DNA of 64,000 bases from Candidatus Micrarchaeota archaeon (GCA_043821365.1 JBDRCX010000006.1:352001-416000); one strand, 5' to 3'. Shown: positions 27,407-38,009, counted from the first letter of the stretch. The notes: generated from the sequence alone by a model not told the origin. Program-made: numbers and translations.

Positions 27407-28315
27407 TCACTTCAAGAACTTTTTCATAATCAATGGAACTGCAATCGAAGCATCACAATCAACTGTTATATGGTTTGCTTTTTCTTTAATCTTTCCCCAT
27501 GAAATACCCTCTGTTGTCCTTGCTCCGCTTAATGATCCATCCCAAGGGGATGAGGTTGTCACATAAACAGCATAATCAAAACCATCTCTAAGTAAATTCA
27601 CACCTATTGCATGGTGTTTTGAAATTCCACCACCAAGAATAATTCCACCTGTTTTTTTTGCATTCATTGCCATTTGAGCAAGTTGGTTCATGTCCTTGGT
27701 TACATCAATACCAAAATCTTTTCTTTTTTGTTTAAAGAAATATGTCTGCAGTCCAATTGCAGAATCAGTTATTCCTGGGCAGAAAACAGGAATTTTATTT
27801 TTAGTACACCAGTGAAGAAAAGAATCTTCGTTTGTTTTTTCACCTATTTTATGTGCAATTTGTGATGGCGAAACTTTCCTATCTGGTTGACTTTGATATA
27901 ATTCTTCAAAAACTGGTTGCATGAATTTTTCAAGATGAACATAACATTCATTTGGCACCAAAATATTACCAATTCTATTTATGCCTTTTTGGTGGAGTTC
28001 TTTATCATCCATCATAAAATCCCCAATCAAATACTTCTTTGATGAGCGGATAAGGTCATGATCTATACTGCCTCCTGCAGTTATTATAACATCAACAAAC
28101 TTTTTTTTGCACATCTCTGTGAAAATACCCCGCAATCCAGATGCCACCATATTTGAGGTAAATGTTAGAAATACGGTTGCACCTTCCTTTTTCATTTTCG
28201 CAACTATATCAATAGCATTTCCAATATTTGTTGCTTGGAATCCTGTAGATGCATAATCATAATCTCCTAAATTAATGTCTTTAACATCCATCTTATCATC
28301 TCTTTGCAAGTTCAT
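27407..28315 (-). CDS. dys: deoxyhypusine synthase
   Basis: GFQATNIG, TSNMVASGLR, RIGNI, PGITDSAIG, GGGISKHH, DGSLSGA...EGISWGK. Likely start 28291. Confidence 0.95.
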   Translation of the reverse strand: MNLQRDDKMDVKDINLGDYDYASTGFQATNIGNAIDIVAKMKKEGATVFLTFTSNMVASGLRGIFTEMCKKKFVDVIITAGGSIDHDLIRSSKKYLIGDFMMDDKELHQKGINRIGNILVPNECYVHLEKFMQPVFEELYQSQPDRKVSPSQIAHKIGEKTNEDSFLHWCTKNKIPVFCPGITDSAIGLQTYFFKQKRKDFGIDVTKDMNQLAQMAMNAKKTGGIILGGGISKHHAIGVNLLRDGFDYAVYVTTSSPWDGSLSGARTTEGISWGKIKEKANHITVDCDASIAVPLIMKKFLK

Positions 28316-29075
28316 CTGCTAAATCAGAAGCACAAAAATTAAATCCAAATTTTTTCTTTAATCTTTTCCCTGCCTGTCCATTCATACAAGCCCCAACAAA
28401 AGCAGAGTTCAAAGCAGGATTTTTACAAAACAAAGCAGCAATCAGACCAGCAAGAACATCACCGGTGCCCCCTTTTGTCATACCTTGATTGTGCACTTTA
28501 TTCACCATTGTTCTTTTACCATCAGAAACAATATCTCCTGCTGGATCCTTTTTGATTATCACCACACCATAGCTATCTGCCATCTTTTGCACATTCTTTT
28601 TTGTGCCTTTACACTCAAAAAGTGCGGTAAATTCTTTTTCATGTGGTGTTAGTATTGTTGAGCCTGGTTTCAGTTGACAGAGTTTTCCTTTAATGAGTCT
28701 AAGTCCATCTCCATCTATAACAAGCCGTTTACTATTTTTTATTAGGTAATCAACATCTACCTTTGCATTTGCAAGTCCAATACCAAAAAGAACACAATCA
28801 CATTTTTTGACAATGTTAAGATCATAAACAAACATGGCTTCAGGTATTGTTTTGATGGCGTTAATCAAATAAGGATCCTTTTCACCAGGGTAAAAATAAA
28901 GTAAATCCACAAAACGTCTTGCAGCTAAAATGGAAAACATTGGAGCTCCTTGATATTCTTTGCTTCCACCAACTATCAAAAGTTTCCCATTCTGTCCTTT
29001 ATGAGAATATTTTGGCGGAACATATGATTTCATGGCTGCCATACTTTCTATGGAACGCTGGATAATTAAAATCAT
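28296..29075 (-). CDS. nnrD: ADP-dependent NAD(P)H-hydrate dehydratase
   Basis: HKGQNGKLLIVGGSKEYQGAP, VIDGDGL, LTPHEKEF, KGGTGDVLAG. Confidence 0.9.
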   Translation of the reverse strand: MILIIQRSIESMAAMKSYVPPKYSHKGQNGKLLIVGGSKEYQGAPMFSILAARRFVDLLYFYPGEKDPYLINAIKTIPEAMFVYDLNIVKKCDCVLFGIGLANAKVDVDYLIKNSKRLVIDGDGLRLIKGKLCQLKPGSTILTPHEKEFTALFECKGTKKNVQKMADSYGVVIIKKDPAGDIVSDGKRTMVNKVHNQGMTKGGTGDVLAGLIAALFCKNPALNSAFVGACMNGQAGKRLKKKFGFNFCASDLADELAKR

Positions 29076-29083
29076 GCGTGTAA

Positions 29084-29887
29084 TCAGAAATTATACTTCC
29101 TGATCTTTTTGTTAATTGTTTCAGCTTCTCTAAGTGCAGCTTCTGCAGCTCCTCCCCCTTTTTCAAATGCATATGCTATTGATGATGATGCATTTATTCT
29201 GTGTATTGGTAAATAGTCTTTTATTGCATTCAAAACCATATCAAGGTCTCCACCCTGTGCACCGATTCCAGGAATTAAGAATGGCACCTTTCCATTTGTT
29301 TTTTTAGCAAGAACCCGTATTGAATCAGAAGTTGCACCTACGACAGCACCACATCCCCATTCAACTGCTTTTTCCATTACTTTTTCATATACTCTTGCCT
29401 TTCCTTCACATCTAAGTTCTTGGAAATCATTTGCTCCTGCGTTTGATGTTTTACAAAGTACATAGGCTAATTTTCCTTCTCGTAAAAATGGCAAAACAGA
29501 ATCCGAACCCATATACGGACTTACAGTAACTGCATCAGCACCCCAGAAATCATATGCTTCTTTTGCATATGCTTCACTTGATTTTCCAATATCTCCTCTT
29601 TTAACATCTAAAATGATTGGAATTTTATTTTTGTAGTTTGACATAAGAGTTTGTAGGGCTCCCAGTCCATCAAATCCATATTGTGCAAAATAAGCATAGT
29701 TTGGTTTTATTGCTGCAATTGCATTCTCATCTATCAACTTATCTAGTATATCAGAAAAAAAGTGTTCTATTGCTACTTTTGTTGGGAATGCAGGTAACGA
29801 AACCATGATTCTTTGTAAATCAGGGTCAATACCAAAACAAAGAACAGTCTTATTTTCTTTTGCAAATTGAATTAATTTCTCTCGCAT
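29084..29887 (-). CDS. pyrF: orotidine-5'-phosphate decarboxylase
   Basis: LCFGIDP, KPNYAYF, ILDVKRGDIGKS, VSPYMG, LIPGIGAQGG. Confidence 0.95.
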   Translation of the reverse strand: MREKLIQFAKENKTVLCFGIDPDLQRIMVSLPAFPTKVAIEHFFSDILDKLIDENAIAAIKPNYAYFAQYGFDGLGALQTLMSNYKNKIPIILDVKRGDIGKSSEAYAKEAYDFWGADAVTVSPYMGSDSVLPFLREGKLAYVLCKTSNAGANDFQELRCEGKARVYEKVMEKAVEWGCGAVVGATSDSIRVLAKKTNGKVPFLIPGIGAQGGDLDMVLNAIKDYLPIHRINASSSIAYAFEKGGGAAEAALREAETINKKIRKYNF

Positions 29888-30021
29888 AATTATCTATACA
29901 ATCTGCTGTTTAAATTGGTTTTGTCTATTTTGCTTTTTTCACAGCACCATTAAGCAAATAATATAAAGTGGTTCTATCTAGTAATACTACTCTCAGCTAT
30001 AGTTGTCTGAGTATGTTATTT

Positions 30022-30197
30022 GGGGTCGTGGCGTAAGGCGTGCACGCAATCCGGTAGCGCGGCTGGCTCCAGATCTCTCTTGCAAATGCAAGAATTTTGA
30101 GCCGCGAAATCAGCATGTTAGAGTTCAACAAACTTTTTTAGTAAAAGAGTTGACAAAAAACTAGCTAAAAAAGTGCGAAAAGATCTCTACGACCCCA
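30022..30197 (+). tRNA. trnW: tRNA-Trp(CCA) with three introns: 15/16 (30037-30049), 37/38 (30073-30108), ~58/59 (30129-30182)
   Basis: Spliced: GGGGTCG TG GCGT AATCCGGTA GCGC G GCTGG CTCCAGA TCAGC ATGT TAGAG TTCAAAT CTCTA CGACCCC A. The 15/16 intron has a perfect H helix GCGT/ACGC. Confidence 0.85.
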
Positions 30198-30277
30198 TTT
30201 TGCTCTTGTAAAATGCGGAACCATTGAATCAAATTCATTATGGCCCCATTTTGCTTATATGTTATTGAGGTGTTATA

Positions 30278-31123
30278 ATGAGGGATCTTATATTATTTGG
30301 TATTTTAACAATTCTATTATTCGGGTGCATTAATCCATATCAACCAGAACAAAACACCACTCCATCTGTTATAACTAGTCTTGATAACACCTCAAATATC
30401 CAACTAGTTCTTCCTGAAAATTACGCAGTTCAAGCAGGTGATCATGTTTGGGTAGACTATACGCTATGGGTAGATGGAGAAGTTCTTGATACAAGCAATG
30501 CAACATTAGCTAATGAATCGGGTATTTACAATCCAGGAAGAAATTACAAACCAATTGACTTTGATGCTACTTTGAATTCTGGTATGATCAAAGGATTTGT
30601 TTTGAACATATTAGGGATGGTTGTAAATGAAACCCTAACTTTCCAAGTTGCTCCTAAGTATGGTTATGGGCCACATGATCAAAATAAAATGATTATTGTA
30701 CCTCGCTATTATGAACAGCCGTTATATGAAACCGTACCACTTGCATATTTCGAGTCAATTGGTATGAATGTAACTAATGGCACTTCAGTTTCATCTGATC
30801 CACTTGTTTTTGTATCAGATATTAATGATGAAAATGTCACATTGTTCTATCTTCTTATGGCTGGGCAACAATTCTCTCAAAACGGGCTGCCAAGAAAGGT
30901 GATAAACGTTAGTAATGTTTCTGCAAATATTGAAATCCTGCTTCAAACTAACAAAACATATTCCATTCCACATCCTGAGACTGGAGTAACAACCCAATTC
31001 CTTGTGACTGACATAACAGATAGTAACATTACTTTAGATAGCAATCATTATCTGGCTAATAAAACACTTACTTTCAAAGTAACAGTAATTAAAATTCAAC
31101 ATGGAGATTTAGTTAGTGAGTAG
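30278..31123 (+). CDS. FKBP-type peptidyl-prolyl isomerase, lipoprotein
   Basis: Lipobox LFGC; GDHVWVDYT, LDTS, MIKGF, YGYG, DSNHYLANKTLTFKV. Confidence 0.85.
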   Translation: MRDLILFGILTILLFGCINPYQPEQNTTPSVITSLDNTSNIQLVLPENYAVQAGDHVWVDYTLWVDGEVLDTSNATLANESGIYNPGRNYKPIDFDATLNSGMIKGFVLNILGMVVNETLTFQVAPKYGYGPHDQNKMIIVPRYYEQPLYETVPLAYFESIGMNVTNGTSVSSDPLVFVSDINDENVTLFYLLMAGQQFSQNGLPRKVINVSNVSANIEILLQTNKTYSIPHPETGVTTQFLVTDITDSNITLDSNHYLANKTLTFKVTVIKIQHGDLVSE

Positions 31124-33782
31124 TGGTAAAATGGATTGGCACTCACTTCAGCCTGATGAGTTATTTACTAAGTTAAAAACAAATAAAAAGGGTCTTTCAT
31201 CGAAGGCAGCTACAGATAGGCTAGCTGAGTACGGGCCAAACTCTATTGCAATCAAAAAAACAACCTCACCGTTGACTATATTTGTAAATCAGTTCAAGAA
31301 TATGCTTGTTTTATTATTGCTTTTTGCAGCATTTGTTTCCTTTACAGTTAGTTTTCTAAATCCACACGAAGCTGATTTTCTTGATGGCATTCTTATTTTT
31401 GCAATTGTCATAGCAAATGCTGTTTTTGGTTTTGTTCAGGAATATAAGGCTGAGAAAAGTATCGAAGCTCTCACTAAAATGTCAGCTCCAAAAGCAACAG
31501 TAATGAGAAATGGTAAGGAGATTGAAATAACATCTGATGGTGTTGTTCCAGGGGATATTCTTATTCTTGAAGAAGGTGATAAGGTTGCAGCAGACGGCAG
31601 GTTAATCGAATGTTTTTCCATGTATGCTGACGAATCAATGCTTACTGGGGAATCAGTTCCTTCTGATAAAAAAGCCGGTATTTTATCTGAGAAAACACCT
31701 CTTGCAGAAAGAAGCAACATGGTGTTCATGAATTCAATTATCACCCGTGGTAAGGGTGCTGTTCTTGTTGTTGGTACGGGTTTGAATACAGAAGTTGGTA
31801 AGATTGCAAAGGAAATTTCAGATGCCCCTGAGAAAGTCACACAATTCCAAGTAGAAATAGAAGATTTAGGTAAAAAAGTTTCCATTCTTACTTTGGGAGT
31901 TCTGATAATCATTATTGCTACAGAATTCATACTTCGTACGGGGGATATCCTATTCATCTTTATGGCAGCAGTTGCCCTTGGTGTTGCAGCAATTCCAGAA
32001 GGTTTGCCTGCAGTGGTGACTCTTGCACTTTCCATTGCAACAAATCGCATGCTAAAACAAAATGCATTGATGAGGCGGCTTTCTACAGTGCAAGATCTTG
32101 GTTCTGTTGATATTATATGTACTGATAAAACAGGTACACTAACCGAAAATACAATGACTGTTGTCAGAATGTATGTTCCAGATACTCATTTTGATATTCT
32201 TGGAAAAGGACATGAGACTGATGGAAAATTTGTTGTTCGTGGTGATGGGAACAACACAAATATAGACATGCTTCTAAGGTGTGCCATTCTTTGTAATGAT
32301 GCACATAAGACTGAAGGCGGAAAATTCAAGGGAGATCCAACTGAAGTTGCAGTTCTTATTCCTGCCTATAAGGCAGGCCTAAATGTAGATCAAATACGTA
32401 AAAAATTCAAAAAAGTAGGTGAAGTTTCTTTTTCTGGAGATCGAAAAATGATGTCAACAGCAAATAATGATGCTAAGACATCCTATTCTTTTGTGAAAGG
32501 TGCTCCAGAAGTTGTCATCTCAAGATGTAATAAGGTCCTTATAGACGGTAAAATTAAGAAGCTTTCAAACAAGGATCGTTCATTCCTCATAAAACACAAT
32601 ACAAATATGGCATCAGATGCACTAAGGGTACTTGCATTTGCCTATAAAGAAAAACCAAAATCTTTCGAAGAAAAGGACATGGAAAATGACCTTGTATTTC
32701 TTGGTTTGATGGGCATGATTGATCCACCTCGTGCAGGTGTAAAAGAAGCAATTGCTGATTGTCGTTCTGCAGGTATAAGAGTGATTATGGTCACAGGTGA
32801 CAATATCCATACTGCTTCTGCAATTGGCAAGGGCCTTGGTTTTGCAGGTGCAAGTCTTAATGGTAATGAACTTGATAAGATGTCAGAAGAAGAAATCAAG
32901 CGAGTTATAGAAAGGGTTGACATCTATGCAAGAACTAGTCCAAAACATAAAGTTCTCCTTTTGAAGGCATTACAAAGCAACAATCACATCGTGTGTATGA
33001 CTGGTGATGGTGTAAATGATGCTGCAGCTATCAAAAATTCTGATGTTGGTATTGCAATGGGCATTAGAGGTACAGAAGTTACCAAACAGGCAAGTGACAT
33101 CGTTATTCTTGATGATAATTTCATAACAATAAGAAATGCAATATCTGAGGGCAGAAGCACATTTGACAACATAAGAAAATTTGTTGTTTATCTTTTGGGT
33201 GCCAATATTGCAGAAGTTATTATTGTTTTCATAGCCACTGTTACTGCTCTTGGTATATCTCCAAAAATTGCTGTTCAGCTTTTATGGATAAATCTTGTTA
33301 CTGATGGTCTTCCTGCTCTGGCCCTTGGTGTTGATCCTGCTCCTGAAAATGTTATGAAGAGAGGTCCAAGAGAAAAAAGCGAGAGGATGGTAAACAAACA
33401 AACAATCTATTTCCTTGCAATACTTGGTCTTAGTGGTGCGATTGCTTTACTTGGTCTTTATTCCCATATGCTTGCACTTGGCGATGCAGTAAGGGCATAC
33501 TCATTATTATTCACATCTTTTGTTGTAATGGAGATGGTAACAGTCTATGTTGTGAGGTGGAGATATAACACTGCACTTCTCTCAAACAAATGGTTACACT
33601 CGGCAGTACTTATGTCGTTTGTTCTTCAGCTTGCTCTTATCTACGGGCCATTTGGCAGTCTATTTGGAGTTGTACCATTGATCCTAGATGATTGGTTAAA
33701 ATTAGGTATAACAATGATTGGTTATCTAGTTCTGGTTTTCGCAGCAATCGGGCTTGAAAAAATTATAATAAAAAATAAATAA
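31116..33782 (+). CDS. P2A-type Ca2+/cation-transporting ATPase
   Basis: DESMLTGES, VAAIPEGLP, ICTDKTGTLT, KGAPE, TGDGVND, INLVTDGLPALAL. Confidence 0.95.
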   Translation: MSSGKMDWHSLQPDELFTKLKTNKKGLSSKAATDRLAEYGPNSIAIKKTTSPLTIFVNQFKNMLVLLLLFAAFVSFTVSFLNPHEADFLDGILIFAIVIANAVFGFVQEYKAEKSIEALTKMSAPKATVMRNGKEIEITSDGVVPGDILILEEGDKVAADGRLIECFSMYADESMLTGESVPSDKKAGILSEKTPLAERSNMVFMNSIITRGKGAVLVVGTGLNTEVGKIAKEISDAPEKVTQFQVEIEDLGKKVSILTLGVLIIIIATEFILRTGDILFIFMAAVALGVAAIPEGLPAVVTLALSIATNRMLKQNALMRRLSTVQDLGSVDIICTDKTGTLTENTMTVVRMYVPDTHFDILGKGHETDGKFVVRGDGNNTNIDMLLRCAILCNDAHKTEGGKFKGDPTEVAVLIPAYKAGLNVDQIRKKFKKVGEVSFSGDRKMMSTANNDAKTSYSFVKGAPEVVISRCNKVLIDGKIKKLSNKDRSFLIKHNTNMASDALRVLAFAYKEKPKSFEEKDMENDLVFLGLMGMIDPPRAGVKEAIADCRSAGIRVIMVTGDNIHTASAIGKGLGFAGASLNGNELDKMSEEEIKRVIERVDIYARTSPKHKVLLLKALQSNNHIVCMTGDGVNDAAAIKNSDVGIAMGIRGTEVTKQASDIVILDDNFITIRNAISEGRSTFDNIRKFVVYLLGANIAEVIIVFIATVTALGISPKIAVQLLWINLVTDGLPALALGVDPAPENVMKRGPREKSERMVNKQTIYFLAILGLSGAIALLGLYSHMLALGDAVRAYSLLFTSFVVMEMVTVYVVRWRYNTALLSNKWLHSAVLMSFVLQLALIYGPFGSLFGVVPLILDDWLKLGITMIGYLVLVFAAIGLEKIIIKNK

Positions 33783-33790
33783 AAATTAGG

Positions 33791-34243
33791 CTAAGAACAT
33801 TTACCAACAAGTGCTTTTGTTCCTGTTTGTTTTATAGCGGTAATTGTCCCTTTGTTGTATGTAATAACAACATTATCATAGGTGAATGGGGTACCTGCTG
33901 CACCACATGTTGAACCTAGGGTTGCTGTTACTGTTGCAACTTCACCACTGGTAAAGTTCTTTGCAGTTGAATAAACAGAAGCGCCACCGACGGATATGTC
34001 TGTAACTTCTAATCTATCTAAATCATTATTTGCCAATTCTAACTGCATCGTAGTTCCACTTACTACAAATGTTTTTATAGCAAACGGAGAGGTTGATCCC
34101 CAATAGTTTTTACTTTGGGTTTCAAGTGAACCGGCACCAAGGCCTGCGAATCCACCTACGAGGTATACAACAATCAATGCCACAACCAGCACAACTGCCA
34201 GTATGACCAGATATTCTGTCGAAACTTGTCCTTTTCTAAACAT
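33791..34243 (-). CDS. archaeal type IV pilin (class III signal peptide), probable major pilin
   Basis: MFRKG/QVSTEYLVILAVVLVVALIV; ATG 34243 after AGGAGGTG. Confidence 0.85.
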   Translation of the reverse strand: MFRKGQVSTEYLVILAVVLVVALIVVYLVGGFAGLGAGSLETQSKNYWGSTSPFAIKTFVVSGTTMQLELANNDLDRLEVTDISVGGASVYSTAKNFTSGEVATVTATLGSTCGAAGTPFTYDNVVITYNKGTITAIKQTGTKALVGKCS

Positions 34244-34321
34244 ACTACACCTCCTAATTGCTTGACTATTCATCTGAACACTTAAAAATCTTCTGTCTAG
34301 CTCTATTCTTTGGATTATTAA

Positions 34322-35365
34322 TTATATGTCTCCAAAACCAGACAAAAGTGTTCCTACAACGAATTTAGCCAATAAGTAAAATGCTATTGAACATGCGGAA
34401 AATATTGGGAAATATTTCACTCCATAAATTACCCTACCCCTACCTATTATGCCTATTAAACACGACATAAGCAGGCTAGTTAAAACTAAAACTACCAAAG
34501 ATGTTAGATACATCTGGTCAGGAGTTATAAGTACCTTACCTGAAAAAGATGGAAGACTGGCAATCCCAACATCAGCAACATCATTTTCTGGTTGTATCTT
34601 CAAGAAAACAGTAAGAAAGTGGGTTGATACTGATAACAAAAATGGCATGACCAGAATGACTATGAACCCAAGAAAAATAGTATAGCTTCTTGTGGTTGTT
34701 GTCAGTTCTGCTCTTAGGTCTTGTATTTTTCTAATCTCATCTGCACTTGAATTAAGAAGCCTGGCGAGATGGCCACCAGATCGAATACCTTTTATGAATA
34801 GATTAATAGTTCTTTTCAATATTGAAGAATCAAAATACACTTCTATTGTTTGTAAAGAATCAATCATGGAAGCGGTCCCACTTGCTTTTCCAGTACTTAA
34901 TCTAATTTCTTCATAAAGAGCTCCGAATTCTGGCCTTGCTGCTTTTGTAAATGCCATAAATGGGCTCATACCTGCTCTCATATTTGAAGCAGTCAATAGG
35001 AGAAAATCCGGCAGAACCTTTTCTAATGAAGTTGTTCTGTCAGCTATTTTGAAATACAACCTCAAATATGCTACAGTAAACACCGGAACTGCAGTACCAA
35101 AAAACAACCCAAGTGCAATTAGTCCAGTTTCTAAGTTTGCAATGGGATTATACCATATCAAATACAGTAATACAAGAATCATTCCAAGTGCCAAACTAAG
35201 CAGAACTCTTTTCCCAGCCCATGTTTCAGGGTCCTCTCTTATACCTGCATGGTTAAGTTTTCTACCAAAAAATTTAATCAAACCAGTTGGCAAAGCACAG
35301 CCTATTCTTCGATATGGTCTTTGTTCCATTATTGGGTTTTTTTTCTTAGCCATATCAACCACCAA
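34322..35365 (-). CDS. type IV pilus assembly platform protein (TadC/GspF-like)
   Basis: LPDFLLLTASNMRAGMSP, GGHLARLL; multiple TMs. Confidence 0.85.
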   Translation of the reverse strand: MVVDMAKKKNPIMEQRPYRRIGCALPTGLIKFFGRKLNHAGIREDPETWAGKRVLLSLALGMILVLLYLIWYNPIANLETGLIALGLFFGTAVPVFTVAYLRLYFKIADRTTSLEKVLPDFLLLTASNMRAGMSPFMAFTKAARPEFGALYEEIRLSTGKASGTASMIDSLQTIEVYFDSSILKRTINLFIKGIRSGGHLARLLNSSADEIRKIQDLRAELTTTTRSYTIFLGFIVILVMPFLLSVSTHFLTVFLKIQPENDVADVGIASLPSFSGKVLITPDQMYLTSLVVLVLTSLLMSCLIGIIGRGRVIYGVKYFPIFSACSIAFYLLAKFVVGTLLSGFGDI

Positions 35366-36251
35366 AAAGTTCTGGTCTAGTAGAATTCATGTATCCGATC
35401 ATGACTATTTGAAGAAATGCTGATCCGCCAACTAGAAGACCAACAGTAAATAAGTCAACGCCTAATCCACCGAATGCAGATAAAAGTACCATGAATGTAA
35501 CTCCCAATGAAGGTACTACTGCTGCCACGAGCATATACATCAAAAGCATAAAATTCAGGTTTGCAGAATAATTTTTTATTTCCCTATAGTTGGCAGCTTC
35601 AAGTGCATCGGCAATGCCTCCAAGTGCATTTTTCATGCTTGCACCTGACTCAAGTGCGTTTACCATCTGCCAAACTGTTCTTTTTGTGTATTCACTCTCA
35701 CTTTTCAATGCAAGGTGTTTGAGTGCATCAATCTCTGATGTTCCAGTTTCTATTTCCCTAACTACGGTGTCCATTGCTGCAGACACCTGCCTGTAATCAC
35801 TTGTTGCAACATTCTTTATTGAATCAAAAAGCGGAATACCACTGTCAACATCCATTATTATTTCACGAAGTGCAAACAAAAGGTCTTTGTTTTCAAGCAT
35901 AGCTATTTTTTTTAATAGTATGGCAGGATAGATGAGATGAAGCATGAAAAAAACAGTCATTATTCCTAACCCAGCCCCAAGCGAAGTACGTATGATCTCA
36001 TCCAAATCTGGTTTGGTTGAAAGTGCCAGAAGCATAATTAAACAAAAGAAAAAACCATATAAAAATGATGAAATAAATGATCCAACAACATAGCTTTCTG
36101 CGCTAAAGTCATACCCTAATTTGGATATTGTTGTTTTAAGTCCTGGCTGCAAACTAATCAAAATTTTCCCAAGCCCTCGTAATCTTCTTCCTAGTCTTCC
36201 AACTGCTCTAAATGATATTAATAAGAATGGTATTCTAGGTGGATTCATCAA
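35355..36251 (-). CDS. type IV pilus assembly platform protein (TadB/GspF-like)
   Basis: LLFALREI...DSGIPLFDSI...ALESGASM; multiple TMs. Confidence 0.85.
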   Translation of the reverse strand: MMNPPRIPFLLISFRAVGRLGRRLRGLGKILISLQPGLKTTISKLGYDFSAESYVVGSFISSFLYGFFFCLIMLLALSTKPDLDEIIRTSLGAGLGIMTVFFMLHLIYPAILLKKIAMLENKDLLFALREIIMDVDSGIPLFDSIKNVATSDYRQVSAAMDTVVREIETGTSEIDALKHLALKSESEYTKRTVWQMVNALESGASMKNALGGIADALEAANYREIKNYSANLNFMLLMYMLVAAVVPSLGVTFMVLLSAFGGLGVDLFTVGLLVGGSAFLQIVMIGYMNSTRPELFGG

Positions 36252-37975
36252 AGCACCTTTGATGGAGTGGCTTTATTTGAAACTGACTTTAGAAAACCAG
36301 CTTCATCAGCATAATATGCTTTCATTACCTTCCCTATTTCTTCAATATGTTCAAGCTTGTGTTTTACCATCCACTGAAGAACCATTTGTTTGTCTTTTTG
36401 ATCATCTTCAACTTCTTTTTCAGTCATACCTGTGTGTATATTCATCTGCTCAACATATCTGTGAGGTGATTTAACAAACTGGAAACTATCGTTTCTTGGC
36501 CTCCACAAATATATTTTATTTACCTCAGGATTACCACTACTTGATGCGATCTCTGAAACCTCTAATGTCCTTCTAATATTTCTTCTTCTATCTCTATATT
36601 GTACTACTAGCAAATGAATATCTTCAATTTCAGAAGCAGGAACCTCTATTGGTGGTTCAACAAGTCTTTTGATAACTTGCGAACCAGTGTCTGCGTGAAT
36701 TGTAGAGTAAACACTGTGTCCAGTGTGCATTGCTTCAAAAAGAACTTCAGCTTCTTTTTTCCTTCTAATTTCCCCCATGACTATTCTATCTGGTCTCATT
36801 CTCAATGCATTAACAACAAGGTCAAGCATTGTTACTTCTCCTGCCCCTTCTGGATTCGGGAGTCTGGTTACCAGAGGTACCCAATTCCATTGATAAGTTG
36901 GGAGCATAAGTTCTCTTGTATCCTCTATAGTCACTATCCTCTGGAATGGTTGGATCAATGACAAAAGTCCATTGAGTGCACTTGTTTTTCCGCTTGCCGT
37001 TCCACCTGCAATAAGAACATTCATCTCATATTGCATTGCCTGCCAAAGTAATGCAGCCATTTCAGTTGACATTGAAGTATTTTCTGGTTTTAGGTAACTT
37101 ACAATGGTCCACGGGTTCTTTGCAAACAATCTCATTGTTATTGTATTTCCATGTGCAGAAACAGGATAAAGTGTTGCATTGACTCTGTCACCATTGGCAA
37201 GGTGTGCATCAAGTATTGGGTTAAGCATACTTATTTGCCTCCCAACTTTTCTTGCTATTTGTTCTGAATAATTTCTTGTTGCTTCTTCGGTGTTCAAATA
37301 GATGTTTGTCCTCATCCATCCATACTTCTTATGATAAACAGCAACAGGAAGATTGCATGAATTTATGATTATCTCCTCAAGTTTTGGGTCACCTATCAAA
37401 AGTTCCAGTTCGCCAAGACCATACATCTCATTTACTACAAGATCGGAAATTAATTCAAGTGCATCTGATTTTGGATTAAGATCTTTCTTTATTCTTTGTT
37501 TTATCAGTTCTCTTCTGTATAAGAATTTCTCACTCATACCTTCTTCACTTGAAGTTGTTTCAATTGGCAAATCCTTTGCAATATCCATTTTTAGATATTC
37601 AAGATAGACTCGAGTATGGGGCGTTACCCGCGGTCTCCGTATGCTATACATTGGCCTTCTTTCTTCTTCTGATTTAAGAACCCAAATAGATTCGCTTGTG
37701 TGGGCTCCAGTTGCAGGTATCAAATATTCCTCTATTTTTTTTCCATCCTCGTGTTTTGTCTCTTCTTTTGGCAAGTCTTTTATTGTCATCCATGGTTGTT
37801 CAATCATGTTTGCAGCATAATGAGTTTTTGCAAGTCCTGCTTTCTCAAGTAAAAGTGCCACTCTTTCCACGCTTTCTTCTTCCCACGGTAATTCTCTTGC
37901 TAATTTTCTATAATTCGCTTTCTTGTTTTTTCGAACAATCTCAACCATCTTATCTATTATCGTGGTTACTAGCAT
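36248..37975 (-). CDS. secretion/pilus assembly ATPase (CpaF/VirB11/FlaI family)
   Basis: GGTASGKT, TIEDTREL, LRMRPDRIVMGEIR, MHTGH. Confidence 0.95.
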   Translation of the reverse strand: MLVTTIIDKMVEIVRKNKKANYRKLARELPWEEESVERVALLLEKAGLAKTHYAANMIEQPWMTIKDLPKEETKHEDGKKIEEYLIPATGAHTSESIWVLKSEEERRPMYSIRRPRVTPHTRVYLEYLKMDIAKDLPIETTSSEEGMSEKFLYRRELIKQRIKKDLNPKSDALELISDLVVNEMYGLGELELLIGDPKLEEIIINSCNLPVAVYHKKYGWMRTNIYLNTEEATRNYSEQIARKVGRQISMLNPILDAHLANGDRVNATLYPVSAHGNTITMRLFAKNPWTIVSYLKPENTSMSTEMAALLWQAMQYEMNVLIAGGTASGKTSALNGLLSLIQPFQRIVTIEDTRELMLPTYQWNWVPLVTRLPNPEGAGEVTMLDLVVNALRMRPDRIVMGEIRRKKEAEVLFEAMHTGHSVYSTIHADTGSQVIKRLVEPPIEVPASEIEDIHLLVVQYRDRRRNIRRTLEVSEIASSSGNPEVNKIYLWRPRNDSFQFVKSPHRYVEQMNIHTGMTEKEVEDDQKDKQMVLQWMVKHKLEHIEEIGKVMKAYYADEAGFLKSVSNKATPSKVL

Positions 37976-38009
37976 GTTCTATCCTCTCCTAGTAGGTTTT
38001 AATTTATTC

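Noticed and set aside
30073-30108. C/D box guide RNA in the tRNA-Trp intron
   Set aside because: 36 nt only; no RTGATGA or CTGA boxes.
17083-30255. Integrated prophage or island bounded by tRNA att sites
   Set aside because: Each 3'-end duplication lies only 51-59 nt from its own tRNA; no integrase and no distant att copy were seen.
31436-32050. Long antisense ORFs opposite the P-type ATPases and other genes (e.g. 31436-32050, 19090-20028, 45431-45937, 61616-62182)
   Set aside because: Shadow frames of well-supported genes on the other strand; no SD or recognizable domains.
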